A DNA stretch of 64,000 bases. It comes from an uncultured bacterium. Its GTDB lineage: Bacteria > Chloroflexota > UBA5177 > JANWHV01. Position numbers and translations under genes: made by a program. Numbering within the stretch: the stretch's first letter is position 1; the number at the start of each line of letters is the position of its first letter. The stretch covers positions 800,001 to 864,000 of the forward strand of contig CAVSOU010000008.1 in the NCBI GenBank assembly GCA_963729625.1, written 5' to 3'. The notes beneath the pieces were generated by a model. It saw only the letters and a list, made by a program, of their open reading frames with translations, made no database searches and was not told the DNA's origin. Below are positions 39,707 through 48,459 of the stretch, in pieces.

Positions 39707-41350
39707 CTATGGCACACTCCCACCATGCCCGCGCGCAAGATCGGCCAATGCGTTGAGCAACCCCGCGACACGGGCCCGCGATTCCTGGCGCGACGAGTCG
39801 TCCAGCACGATCTCGGTCTGTCGTTTCTGCTCGGGAATGCCGGCGCGGATGCCTTGCGCGAGCTCCGCGCAGGACGCACCGACCTGACCTTCCAGGGCCT
39901 GGCCAGCCTCTATGGTCGCGGCCATGGCGGCCTGCACCAGCGCGGACTTTGTGTTCTGATCATGCATCCCACGAGTGAGCATGCGAAGGATTGGGCCGAT
40001 AGTCATCATGGCGCCTGCAATGACCGGCTTCATGGTCAGCCCGATGACGGTCATGAATGTGGTGAGCAATATGCTGTCTTCGAGGAAGTCGGGCTCGACA
40101 TAGGGATGGAGGCCCGGAGCAGGCGCGCCTGTCGCGAGGCGTTCGGCCTTCCAGTCGGCCACTCCCGCCTCCTGGATGACAGCCTGCATCTTCGCGCGCA
40201 CCTGCACGTCGTGCTCTCGCAGAAACGCGGCGAACTCCTCCTGAATGTAAAACGGAAGGAAGCGGCGGATGTCGCTTATCGCCGCTTCTCCGGTTTCGTC
40301 CTGGAGGCGGTCGCGCAGCGCCAGAGTGAAGGCCTGCAGCTGCAGCTTGAAGTCATTGCATATGGCCTCCACGGCGCGGCACGCGCCTTCCGCCTGCGCG
40401 CGGCGGTCCGTGCCGGCAATGTCCCCGGGCTCGGTCACGGCAGGGATGGGCTCGGAGAGCCTGGCATGGAGCGCGCGCGCGAGGTCCGCTGCCCTCCGCG
40501 CGACAATCGCGCGCAGCACGCCGGCCCTTGTCGCAACGCACTCGCTCAGAAGCGCGCGCAATTCGGGGTAGCCGGACCGGGCCAGCGCACGGTCGTCTCC
40601 GCGCTCTCGAGCGCGCAACGCTCGGCGCGCGGCGTACGGAAGCACATCGGGCGCCTTGCCGAGCGCCGACTCGAACAAGCGCACCACACGATCTCGAACG
40701 TCTGTCCGCTGCTCCTCGTCGTCGAGCGCGTCGTCGCGGTTCAACACAACCACGAGCCGATGCAGGCCCGCCTGCGTTATCCGCCGCTCGAGTAACTGTT
40801 GTTCGCTGGCGCCGAGGGCCTGCGTGCTGTCGAGCACCAGCAGCGCCAGATCGCTCTGCGGCAGGAGCCCGTAGACAGTTTGTGCCAGTCGCGCGGTGTC
40901 CGGATCGTTGAGTCCTGGAGTGTCCACGACGGTGAGCCCGTGGACGTCGTCGCGTGGGATTGCGACGCGCGCGTGACTCACGCTTTCAGCATCGTCGGCA
41001 GTGAGGGCGAGCAGGTCCGATCGCGCGCATTCGATGCTGTTGCCGTCCGCGTATACGAGCTGCACGTGCTCTCTCGCCCCGCTGTACACGTACACGGGGG
41101 GCAACGTCGGCGCGCCCTGGCCCATTGGCAGCCAGGCCTCGCCGATCAGGCTGTTAACCAGCGTTGATTTACCGCGATTGTGTTCACCGATGACTGCGAC
41201 CAGCAGCCGGCGCGAGCGAAGGCGCTCGTCCAGCGCGGCGAGACCGCTGGCAACATCAGTCGCGGAGGCGGCAGTGGCTTCATCGCGCAGCTTGCTCAGG
41301 ATGGCGCGCAGTGCCAGCTCCGAGGTCTGCTGCGAGACTGCGACACTCAC
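39707..41350 (-). CDS. Bacterial dynamin-like GTPase (DLP-A, divergent)
   Basis: GTG start overlaps the upstream TGA. G1 GEHNRGKST, G3 DTPGLND, G4 NRDD; hydrophobic hairpin LLTTFMTVIGL... Confidence 0.88.
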   Translation of the reverse strand: MSVAVSQQTSELALRAILSKLRDEATAASATDVASGLAALDERLRSRRLLVAVIGEHNRGKSTLVNSLIGEAWLPMGQGAPTLPPVYVYSGAREHVQLVYADGNSIECARSDLLALTADDAESVSHARVAIPRDDVHGLTVVDTPGLNDPDTARLAQTVYGLLPQSDLALLVLDSTQALGASEQQLLERRITQAGLHRLVVVLNRDDALDDEEQRTDVRDRVVRLFESALGKAPDVLPYAARRALRARERGDDRALARSGYPELRALLSECVATRAGVLRAIVARRAADLARALHARLSEPIPAVTEPGDIAGTDRRAQAEGACRAVEAICNDFKLQLQAFTLALRDRLQDETGEAAISDIRRFLPFYIQEEFAAFLREHDVQVRAKMQAVIQEAGVADWKAERLATGAPAPGLHPYVEPDFLEDSILLTTFMTVIGLTMKPVIAGAMMTIGPILRMLTRGMHDQNTKSALVQAAMAATIEAGQALEGQVGASCAELAQGIRAGIPEQKRQTEIVLDDSSRQESRARVAGLLNALADLARGHGGSVP

Positions 41351-42273
41351 AGTACTTTCACCAGCTGTTCCGTCTCGCGCTCGAGATCGGTTCGCTGCAG
41401 CAGGTTGAGGTCGTCGGCAGGTCGCGGCAATCCGCTGCAAGCGTAGAACAGGTCCGATCGCGCGAACATTCGCAACAACTTGATGCGCTTTACCACCAGC
41501 GGATGCGAGTAAGTCAGCTCCTGGCCTCGGACGAAGAATCCGGATTTGCGGAGATCGTCTCCCTGGGCAAGGTACGCGTCCACGTCGATGTCCTTGGCCA
41601 GGGAAGCAAAACCGAGACGCAGCTTGATCAGCGCCCGGCAACCGACCTCGGTGTCCTGGGCGCAGATCGCGCCTGCGCGGTCGGCCGTGACCTCCGCCCT
41701 ACGCTGCCAGGTGGCCAGCGGCACTTTCGTGGCAAGCATTGGGAACTTGTACGCATCCGGATTGTGCCAGAACTTGTTGAACAACTGGTAGTGCAGGAGG
41801 TACGCGAGGGTGAGATACGTCACGTGCTGGTTGTGGATGTGCCCGCACTCATGCCCAAGCACAAAGCGCAGCTCTTCGGGCGACAGTTGGAGCGCCAGGA
41901 ACGACGTAACGTGGATGAAGGAGTGCTCATCCGTGCCGAACGTGAAAGCGTTGAGCTCCATGCCGCCGGTGCCTGGGCCGATCAGCAATCTGGGCACGGG
42001 GATGGACAGGCGGTCAGCGCAATCGGTGAGCAGCGAATAGATTTCCGGGAATTGACGCGGCGTAACCTGAACTGAGTCATGCAGGAACGTCCCGAACGCC
42101 ACACGCACGTAGGCGTTGATGATCGCGTCGACGCTACCTTGCAGGCCAGCGCGGCTGAGCAAACGCTGTACGGTGGAGTCAGTGGGATGCGCGTAGAGCA
42201 CGGGCTCTTCCGCATTCTTGCGATTCTCGTGTTCCTTGCGCGACTTGACAAAATCCGCGAAACTCGTAGCCAT
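41347..42273 (-). CDS. M48 family zinc metallopeptidase
   Basis: NAFTFG, EELRFVLGHECGH (HExxH), AEVTADRAG, SHP..VKRI; AGGAGG RBS. Confidence 0.92.
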   Translation of the reverse strand: MATSFADFVKSRKEHENRKNAEEPVLYAHPTDSTVQRLLSRAGLQGSVDAIINAYVRVAFGTFLHDSVQVTPRQFPEIYSLLTDCADRLSIPVPRLLIGPGTGGMELNAFTFGTDEHSFIHVTSFLALQLSPEELRFVLGHECGHIHNQHVTYLTLAYLLHYQLFNKFWHNPDAYKFPMLATKVPLATWQRRAEVTADRAGAICAQDTEVGCRALIKLRLGFASLAKDIDVDAYLAQGDDLRKSGFFVRGQELTYSHPLVVKRIKLLRMFARSDLFYACSGLPRPADDLNLLQRTDLERETEQLVKVL

Positions 42274-42283
42274 GGGCCGCCTC

Positions 42284-42306
42284 CTGGTAGCTGTACCAGA
42301 AGTATA
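42284..42306 (-). promoter_or_regulatory. Putative -10 element and palindromic operator of the M48-dynamin operon
   Basis: TATACT on the minus strand (42301-42306), followed after 1 bp by CTGGTA-N4-TACCAG, which abuts the RBS. Confidence 0.4.
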
Positions 42307-42457
42307 CCCAGGGGCCAAATACGCGCATATTGGCGCAGCGTCGGCGCCGTGCCGGTTCTCGGACGCGCATGATGCGCGCGACCCGCGCAGGATGTCGCGG
42401 CGCGTGTTCGTGACCCGGCTCCGCGATCGTGGTGGATTCATGCAGTAGGGAGAAAGT

Positions 42458-43282
42458 ATGCCTCTCAGCCGGTCCCAGATTCGATGCGTCCTGACAATTG
42501 CCGGATCCGACAGTGGTGGGGGCGCTGGCCTGCAGGCCGATCTGAAGACCCTCCTCAGCCACCGCGTGCATGGAGCCGTGGCCGTGACGTGCATAACGGC
42601 GCAGAACACGATCGGTGTCAGCGCCATCGAACGGCTGTCGTCCGGCATCATTATCGCACAGATACGGGCCGTGCTGGACGATCTGGCTCCCGAGGCCGCC
42701 AAAACCGGCTTTGTGGCCGGTATTGAGGCAATCGGCGCGATCGAGATAGTCGCGGACGCCCTGCCTCCGTTGGTCGTGGATCCGGTGTGCGTCAACAAGC
42801 ATGGCGCCCAGATTCTGGATGACTCGGTCGTGGCTGCGATCAAGCGTGTGCTGCTCCCGCGCGCGATTCTTGTCACGCCGAATGTCGCCGAGGCCAGGGT
42901 GCTTACCGGGCTGGTGGTCAACGATGAGCGCGACATGGAGGCAGCTGCCGACGAATTACTGGCGCAGGGTGCGCACGCCGTACTGATCAAAGGCGGCCGT
43001 ATCGGCAGCGATCGAAGCCCCGATCTGCTCGCCATGGAGACGGGTACTCGCGAATGGCTCGACACGCAGCGTGTGGCCACTACCGCGGTCTTGGGCGCGG
43101 GCGATACACTCGCCGCGGCAATCGCCGCGCGCATCGCCTGGGGCGCTTCGCTGGTTGAAGCAGTTCGCCTGGGCAAGGCATACGTTACCGCGTGCCTGAG
43201 GGTAGCTCTTGAGATCGGCCGCGGGCAGGGACCGGTTGGGCATGTGCCCGCGAACGGCGAGCGCCGCGCGACATATTGCTAA
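42458..43282 (+). CDS. thiD: Hydroxymethylpyrimidine/phosphomethylpyrimidine kinase ThiD
   Basis: LTIAGSDSGGGAGLQADLKT, TAQNT, VVDPV, TPN..EA, IGRGQGPVGH. Confidence 0.92.
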   Translation: MPLSRSQIRCVLTIAGSDSGGGAGLQADLKTLLSHRVHGAVAVTCITAQNTIGVSAIERLSSGIIIAQIRAVLDDLAPEAAKTGFVAGIEAIGAIEIVADALPPLVVDPVCVNKHGAQILDDSVVAAIKRVLLPRAILVTPNVAEARVLTGLVVNDERDMEAAADELLAQGAHAVLIKGGRIGSDRSPDLLAMETGTREWLDTQRVATTAVLGAGDTLAAAIAARIAWGASLVEAVRLGKAYVTACLRVALEIGRGQGPVGHVPANGERRATYC

Positions 43283-43287
43283 CTTCG

Positions 43288-43335
43288 TTGACATCTCTCT
43301 GGTATGCCTGTTAGTATGTGATTGAACATACGTTC
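43288..43335 (+). promoter_or_regulatory. lexA promoter with SOS (Cheo-type) box
   Basis: TTGACA-N18-TAGTAT with a TG extension, followed by GAAC-ATAC-GTTC at 43324-43335. Confidence 0.85.
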
Positions 43336-43357
43336 TATAGCCCGTGGAGGATGGGCG

Positions 43358-44020
43358 ATGCCACGACATACAGGGGAAATCATGCGTCAGCGCATCGAGC
43401 AGGCGATCGCTGCGCTAACCGCGGAACATGGCAGGCCGCCGACCAATCGCGAGATTGGTGCTCACGTGGGCGGGGGTACGGCAAAGTCCACTGGGCATAT
43501 CGACTATCATCTCCGGCTCATGCGTGAGCAGGGGATAATCGGCCATGAACCGCGAAAGAGCCGAGGGATTACGCTGTTGCGGCACGCACCAGTAGCGGCG
43601 GCAACTCCGATTCCATTTCCGCTCACGCGCGTTCGCTTGGTCGGGCAGATCGCGGCAGGCACCGCGATCGAAGCATCGGAGATCCCCGATGACTACGTCG
43701 ATCTTGCCGACGGATTCTCAGGCGATCAAGATATCTTTGCTCTTCGTGTCAAAGGGACATCGATGATCGAGGACCACATCGACGACGGTGACATCGTGAT
43801 TGTGCGGCGGCAGCAGACGGCCAACAACGGCGATACCGTCGTCGCTCTTCTGACCGACGCGACGAACGAGCGAGGAGAGGCGACCCTCAAGCGGTTCTAC
43901 CGGGACATCGGCGGCAAGGTCCGATTGCAGCCGCGTAACCCTGACCTTGCGCCAATCGTCAAAGACGCGAAAGACGTCCAGATTCAGGGCAAAGTGATCG
44001 CGGTATACCGGCAGGTGTAG
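43358..44020 (+). CDS. lexA: SOS repressor LexA
   Basis: PPTNREIG HTH, cleavage site IAAG, catalytic GTSM serine and ATLKR lysine. Confidence 0.95.
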   Translation: MPRHTGEIMRQRIEQAIAALTAEHGRPPTNREIGAHVGGGTAKSTGHIDYHLRLMREQGIIGHEPRKSRGITLLRHAPVAAATPIPFPLTRVRLVGQIAAGTAIEASEIPDDYVDLADGFSGDQDIFALRVKGTSMIEDHIDDGDIVIVRRQQTANNGDTVVALLTDATNERGEATLKRFYRDIGGKVRLQPRNPDLAPIVKDAKDVQIQGKVIAVYRQV

Positions 44021-44025
44021 CGCGG

Positions 44026-44961
44026 CTATTCTGTCCGCTGGTCGACGAGGTAGACACTCGATGCGGTCTGTTTTGCCTGTTTCTTCAGCTGGGCAGCAAT
44101 ATCGCTGATCTCGTACTCCGTCTTGAGCACGCGCTGCCGGTTGGTTACGACGCCGATCGATACAGTCACGATGGGAAAATCCTGACGCACTCCCTGTCGA
44201 TCCATGGTTGTGACGTAGCCACTTGCGCGATCTTCAGGATCGTAGAGGGCCGGCACCTGCGAATCGAATTGACTGATTATTGCCCCGCAGACCTTGCGCA
44301 TTTCGTCGTCGCTGCCCCGCAGCATGCCGACGAAATCGTCTCCCCCGACATGGCCAACAAAAGCGCTCTCGTGAGCTGTCAACACCACGGTCTTCAAGAT
44401 TCCGGCGAGCAGCTTGATCAGATCGTTTCCTCGCACGAATCCATATGCGTCGTTGAACGACTTGAAGTTGTCGATGTCGATGTACAGGACATAGAGGTCG
44501 CGCCGCTCGTCCTGCAAGCTCTGCCGGAGAACACGCTCGATCTGCGTGTTTCCTGGCAGGCCCGTGAGCTCCGACAGGAGATGCTCCTCGGCGTGCCGTA
44601 GCTGTGTGCGCACCCGGGCCAACAGTTCCTGGATGGCAAAGGGCTTTCCGACGTAATCATCCGCGCCAAGAGCAAGGCCGGTCACCCGATGCTCGGTCTC
44701 ATCAAGCGCCGAGAGGAAGATTATCGGGATGGAGGCGGAGCGCGGTTGTTCTTTCAATGCACGCAATACGTCCCAGCCACGCATGTCTGGAAGCATCACG
44801 TCGAGAATGATCAAGTGCGGCTGTTCGCGAATAGCGTTCCGTATTCCTTCGGTGCCGTCGGATGCCAGAATCACACTGTAGCCGTCGAGGTCCAGAGCAG
44901 CCTGCACCAGTTCACGAATGTTCGGATCGTCGTCAATACAGAGTATCGTGCTAGTCTGCAT
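44026..44961 (-). CDS. Response regulator with GGDEF (diguanylate cyclase) output domain
   Basis: REC domain (IDDD, LDVMLP, KPF) plus [27 protein letters not shown]. Confidence 0.9.
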   Translation of the reverse strand: MQTSTILCIDDDPNIRELVQAALDLDGYSVILASDGTEGIRNAIREQPHLIILDVMLPDMRGWDVLRALKEQPRSASIPIIFLSALDETEHRVTGLALGADDYVGKPFAIQELLARVRTQLRHAEEHLLSELTGLPGNTQIERVLRQSLQDERRDLYVLYIDIDNFKSFNDAYGFVRGNDLIKLLAGILKTVVLTAHESAFVGHVGGDDFVGMLRGSDDEMRKVCGAIISQFDSQVPALYDPEDRASGYVTTMDRQGVRQDFPIVTVSIGVVTNRQRVLKTEYEISDIAAQLKKQAKQTASSVYLVDQRTE

Positions 44962-47548
44962 CGCTCGGATCGGACACACTGTCACCTTCTTGATCTGGGC
45001 CGTCTAGGCCTGATCCATCTTCCTCGGCAACGATCATCTCGCTATCTTGATCATCGTCCACATTGCCGTTTTCTGAAGGTGCAATAATGTTTCCCTGGGG
45101 AGACGCGTCTCCGTTGTCGTTTTGCTGCAGCATGCACGCCATCGAGACCACGGTGTCGCCCTCGTTCAGGCGCATCACTCTCACACCTTGCGTGTTCCTG
45201 CCGGTAGGGCGAATCGTGCTGACGGGCTGGCGGATCACCTGCCCACCGGCTGACATCAGGACCATTTCCATGTCGGATGACACTATTGCGGCCGCGACGA
45301 TGGAACCGACCTTGTCGACGTTCCTTATGGTGTACACGCCTTGCCCCTTGCGTCCCTGCTGGCGATATTCGTCGACGGGCGTGCGCTTGCCGATGCCGAG
45401 CTCCGTTACCACGAGCAAGTCGTGGTCGAGCCTCGCGAGACCCATAGCGACAAGTTTGTCTCCACCGCGCAGCTTGATACCTCGGACTCCGGCGGCGGTG
45501 CGGCCCATTGAGCGGACCTGTTCCTGGGCGAAGCGGATTGCGCGTCCGTCCGAGGTTACCAGCATGATGTCCTCATCACCCTGGCCGGCCTCGACCCACT
45601 CCAGATCGTCCTCCGGATCGACAGTTATCGCAGCGAGCCCGCTGCGACGGATATTCATGAAATTCTCCAGAGGCGTGCGCTTGATCACACCGCGTCGCGT
45701 GGCCAAAATCAGGAATCCCTCTCGCAAGCCGTCTTTAGCCTGGACGAGGACTGTGGCGACCCCTTCGCCCGGTTCGAGAGCAATGAGGTTATTAACCGGC
45801 ACGCCCCGGGCCTGCCGTCCGGTTGACGGCAGCTCGTACACCTTGAGCTGATAGGCGCGGCCGCGGGTGGTGAAGAAAAGCAGCGAATCGTGCGTATTGC
45901 AGGCGAGAAGCCGGCTGACCTCGTCCGCTTCGCGAGCAACCATCCCCACAATACCCTTGCCGCCGCGCCGCTGTGGGCGATAGGTGCTGGCGAGCATCCG
46001 CTTGGTGTAACCACGGGATGTCATGGTGACGATGACGTCCTCGGGAGCGACCAGGTCGTCGAGTGTCATCTCGCTGGCCTCTTCCTGAACGATGACGGTG
46101 CGGCGGGCGTCGCCGTATTTCTCTCGCAGATCGGTCAGCTCGGAGACGATGATGGAGTCGATGCGCGCGGCATCGGCCAGGATGGCGCGGTACTCCGCGA
46201 TCTTTGTCTCCACTTCCGCCAATTCGTCGCGAATCTTCTGCTGTTCGAGCGCCGCCAGACGACTGAGCTGGAGGGCGAGAATAGCCTTTGACTGCGCTTC
46301 GGTCAGGTCGAAGCGCTCCTGCAGCACGTGGCCGGCTTCCTCGCTGTTTCGCGCGGCGCGAATCGTAGCGATAACCGCGTCCAGCTGGTTGAGGGCCTTC
46401 GCCAACCCTTCGAGGATGTGAGCGCGGGCTTCGGCCTTTCGCAGATCGAACTCAGTGCGTCGCCGCACGACCTCGCGCCGATGCTTGACATAATAGCGGA
46501 GGGTCATCTCGAGCGGCAGGACGCGCGGCTGGTTGTCGACAAGGGCAAGCATATTGATGGAGATGCTGTCCTGTAACTGCGTGTGCTTGAACAACTGGTT
46601 CAGCACGTGCTGCGTATGCGCGTCGCGCTTGAGCTCGATCATCAGGCGCATACCCTGGCGGTCAGACTCGTCGCGAAGGTCCGCTATGCCCTCGATGTCG
46701 CGCTGCTGCACGAGCTCGGCGATGCGCTCCTGCAGCTTCGCCTTATTGACCTGGAAAGGAAGCTCGGTGACGATGATCGCCGTTCTTCCGGTGCGCGATT
46801 CCTCGAGATGGTGCTTGCAGCGCAGGACGATCCGCCCGCGCCCGGTGGCGTACGCGTTGGTGATCCCCTCCTGCCCAAGGATGATGCCGCCGGTCGGGAA
46901 ATCGGGGCCTTTGACGATTGCCGCAAGCTCGGCGACCGTTGCCGACGGATGCGCGATGAGGTAGATGATCCCATCGACCAGCTCGCGCAGATTGTGCGGC
47001 GGAATGTTGGTTGCCATGCCGACTGCGATGCCGTTTGTGCCGTTGAGCAGCAGCTGGGGAAGCCGCGCAGGAAGTACGGACGGCTCTTGCTCATTCCCGT
47101 CGTAGTTCGGGCCGAAATCGACCGTATCTCGATCGAGATCGACCAGCATCTCGTCGGCGATCGCCGCCATACGCGCTTCGGTGTAGCGCATTGCAGCCGG
47201 CGCGTCGCCGTCGACGGATCCGAAGTTACCTTGCCCGTCGATCAGCGGGTAGCGCATGCTGAAATCCTGCGCCAAGCGCACCATGCTGTCGTACACGGCA
47301 ACGTCGCCGTGTGGGTGGTACTTGCCAAGCACCTCGCCGACCACGGTGGCGCTTTTCCGATAGTGTGAGGTCGAGCGGAGGCCGAGCTGACTCATCGCGT
47401 ACAGAATGCGGCGGTGAACGGGTTTCAAGCCGTCGCGAACATCCGGCAAAGCGCGAGATACAATCACGCTCATCGCATAATCGAGGTACGCTTCGCGCAT
47501 CTCGGTTTCGATATGTACCTCGCGAACGGTACCAAAGTCCGCTACCAT
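44951..47548 (-). CDS. gyrA: DNA gyrase subunit A
   Basis: [31 protein letters not shown], GyrA-box QRRGGKG, acidic tail. Confidence 0.97.
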   Translation of the reverse strand: MVADFGTVREVHIETEMREAYLDYAMSVIVSRALPDVRDGLKPVHRRILYAMSQLGLRSTSHYRKSATVVGEVLGKYHPHGDVAVYDSMVRLAQDFSMRYPLIDGQGNFGSVDGDAPAAMRYTEARMAAIADEMLVDLDRDTVDFGPNYDGNEQEPSVLPARLPQLLLNGTNGIAVGMATNIPPHNLRELVDGIIYLIAHPSATVAELAAIVKGPDFPTGGIILGQEGITNAYATGRGRIVLRCKHHLEESRTGRTAIIVTELPFQVNKAKLQERIAELVQQRDIEGIADLRDESDRQGMRLMIELKRDAHTQHVLNQLFKHTQLQDSISINMLALVDNQPRVLPLEMTLRYYVKHRREVVRRRTEFDLRKAEARAHILEGLAKALNQLDAVIATIRAARNSEEAGHVLQERFDLTEAQSKAILALQLSRLAALEQQKIRDELAEVETKIAEYRAILADAARIDSIIVSELTDLREKYGDARRTVIVQEEASEMTLDDLVAPEDVIVTMTSRGYTKRMLASTYRPQRRGGKGIVGMVAREADEVSRLLACNTHDSLLFFTTRGRAYQLKVYELPSTGRQARGVPVNNLIALEPGEGVATVLVQAKDGLREGFLILATRRGVIKRTPLENFMNIRRSGLAAITVDPEDDLEWVEAGQGDEDIMLVTSDGRAIRFAQEQVRSMGRTAAGVRGIKLRGGDKLVAMGLARLDHDLLVVTELGIGKRTPVDEYRQQGRKGQGVYTIRNVDKVGSIVAAAIVSSDMEMVLMSAGGQVIRQPVSTIRPTGRNTQGVRVMRLNEGDTVVSMACMLQQNDNGDASPQGNIIAPSENGNVDDDQDSEMIVAEEDGSGLDGPDQEGDSVSDPSDAD

Positions 47549-47915
47549 AGAGAGGGGCCTTTCGTGAAATGCCGCGGCATATCGGAGACGCGGCTAGGTG
47601 GAAGCATGTGCATAATCAACGTGCAAGGGCGACAGCGAACCTGAGGTAAATGGTGCAGCAATCCGCCCTTTTGAGGGGTATTGTGTCCAATTCTTGCTCA
47701 CTGTAAGTATACTTCGTGCCCCTGATGAGGGCAATGCGACGACCCCAGCCCGCAGTCTCGCAGCGGCACATCCGACGCGCAAGTCGTTGTTTTCGTATCG
47801 AGAGAAATGTTCCGTTTCGCTCAACAGAAATGCCCAGGCAAAGTTCTGTGCGACCTCGACTTGAGCTCGACTGCGCGCGAGCACTGCCAGACTAGCAGAT
47901 ATTGGATTGTATCTC

Positions 47916-48317
47916 ATGAGCGACGCGCCAAATCAGTGTCCCTCGTGCCATGGGGACCTCTTGATCACCCGATTCACGTGTCCATCTTGCGAGACCGAGG
48001 TGACCGGCTCCTTCAGCCTGGGCAGGCTCGCGCGATTGGGGGAGCCTCAAGCCTCGCTGCTGGAGCTGTTCCTTCGTGTTAGGGGAAACGTGAAGGACAT
48101 GGAGCGTCTTCTCGGGCTCTCGTATCCAACGGTTCGTGCCCGGCTGGAGGAGGCTCTTGCCGCAGCCGGGCTCGATCGTGAACCGGCGCCCGCGCTTACT
48201 GAATCGGAACTGCGACAGCGCCGCGATCTGGTGCTTGATCAGCTCGAACGCGGCGAGATCGCGGCTTCTGACGCCACGACCAAGCTTCGCGATCTTCAGG
48301 GCATGCGCGGGGTATAG
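47916..48317 (+). CDS. DUF2089 family protein (zinc ribbon plus HTH)
   Basis: CPSC...CPSC, GNVKDMERLLGLSYPTVRARL, LDQLERGEI. Confidence 0.85.
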   Translation: MSDAPNQCPSCHGDLLITRFTCPSCETEVTGSFSLGRLARLGEPQASLLELFLRVRGNVKDMERLLGLSYPTVRARLEEALAAAGLDREPAPALTESELRQRRDLVLDQLERGEIAASDATTKLRDLQGMRGV

Positions 48318-48459
48318 GCGGCGAGCACCGCCGCCCTCGTCGCACAGGAGTTATCGGCGCTCAAGGCTCCCACTGGGGTTGGCGCGCTCGTAACAGTACT
48401 GGCAAGCGTGGTGGTCGGCGTCGCGCCGACGGTGCTGGCTGGGGTCCGTTGTGTTTGCG

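Noticed and set aside
42274-42457. TPP riboswitch upstream of thiD
   Set aside because: The conserved CTGAGA core and the rest of the TPP consensus were not found.
41347-43176. Apparent 609-aa protein with M48 at its C-terminus
   Set aside because: The N-terminal half is the antisense of thiD. The likely true start is the ATG at 42273 with an AGGAGG RBS.
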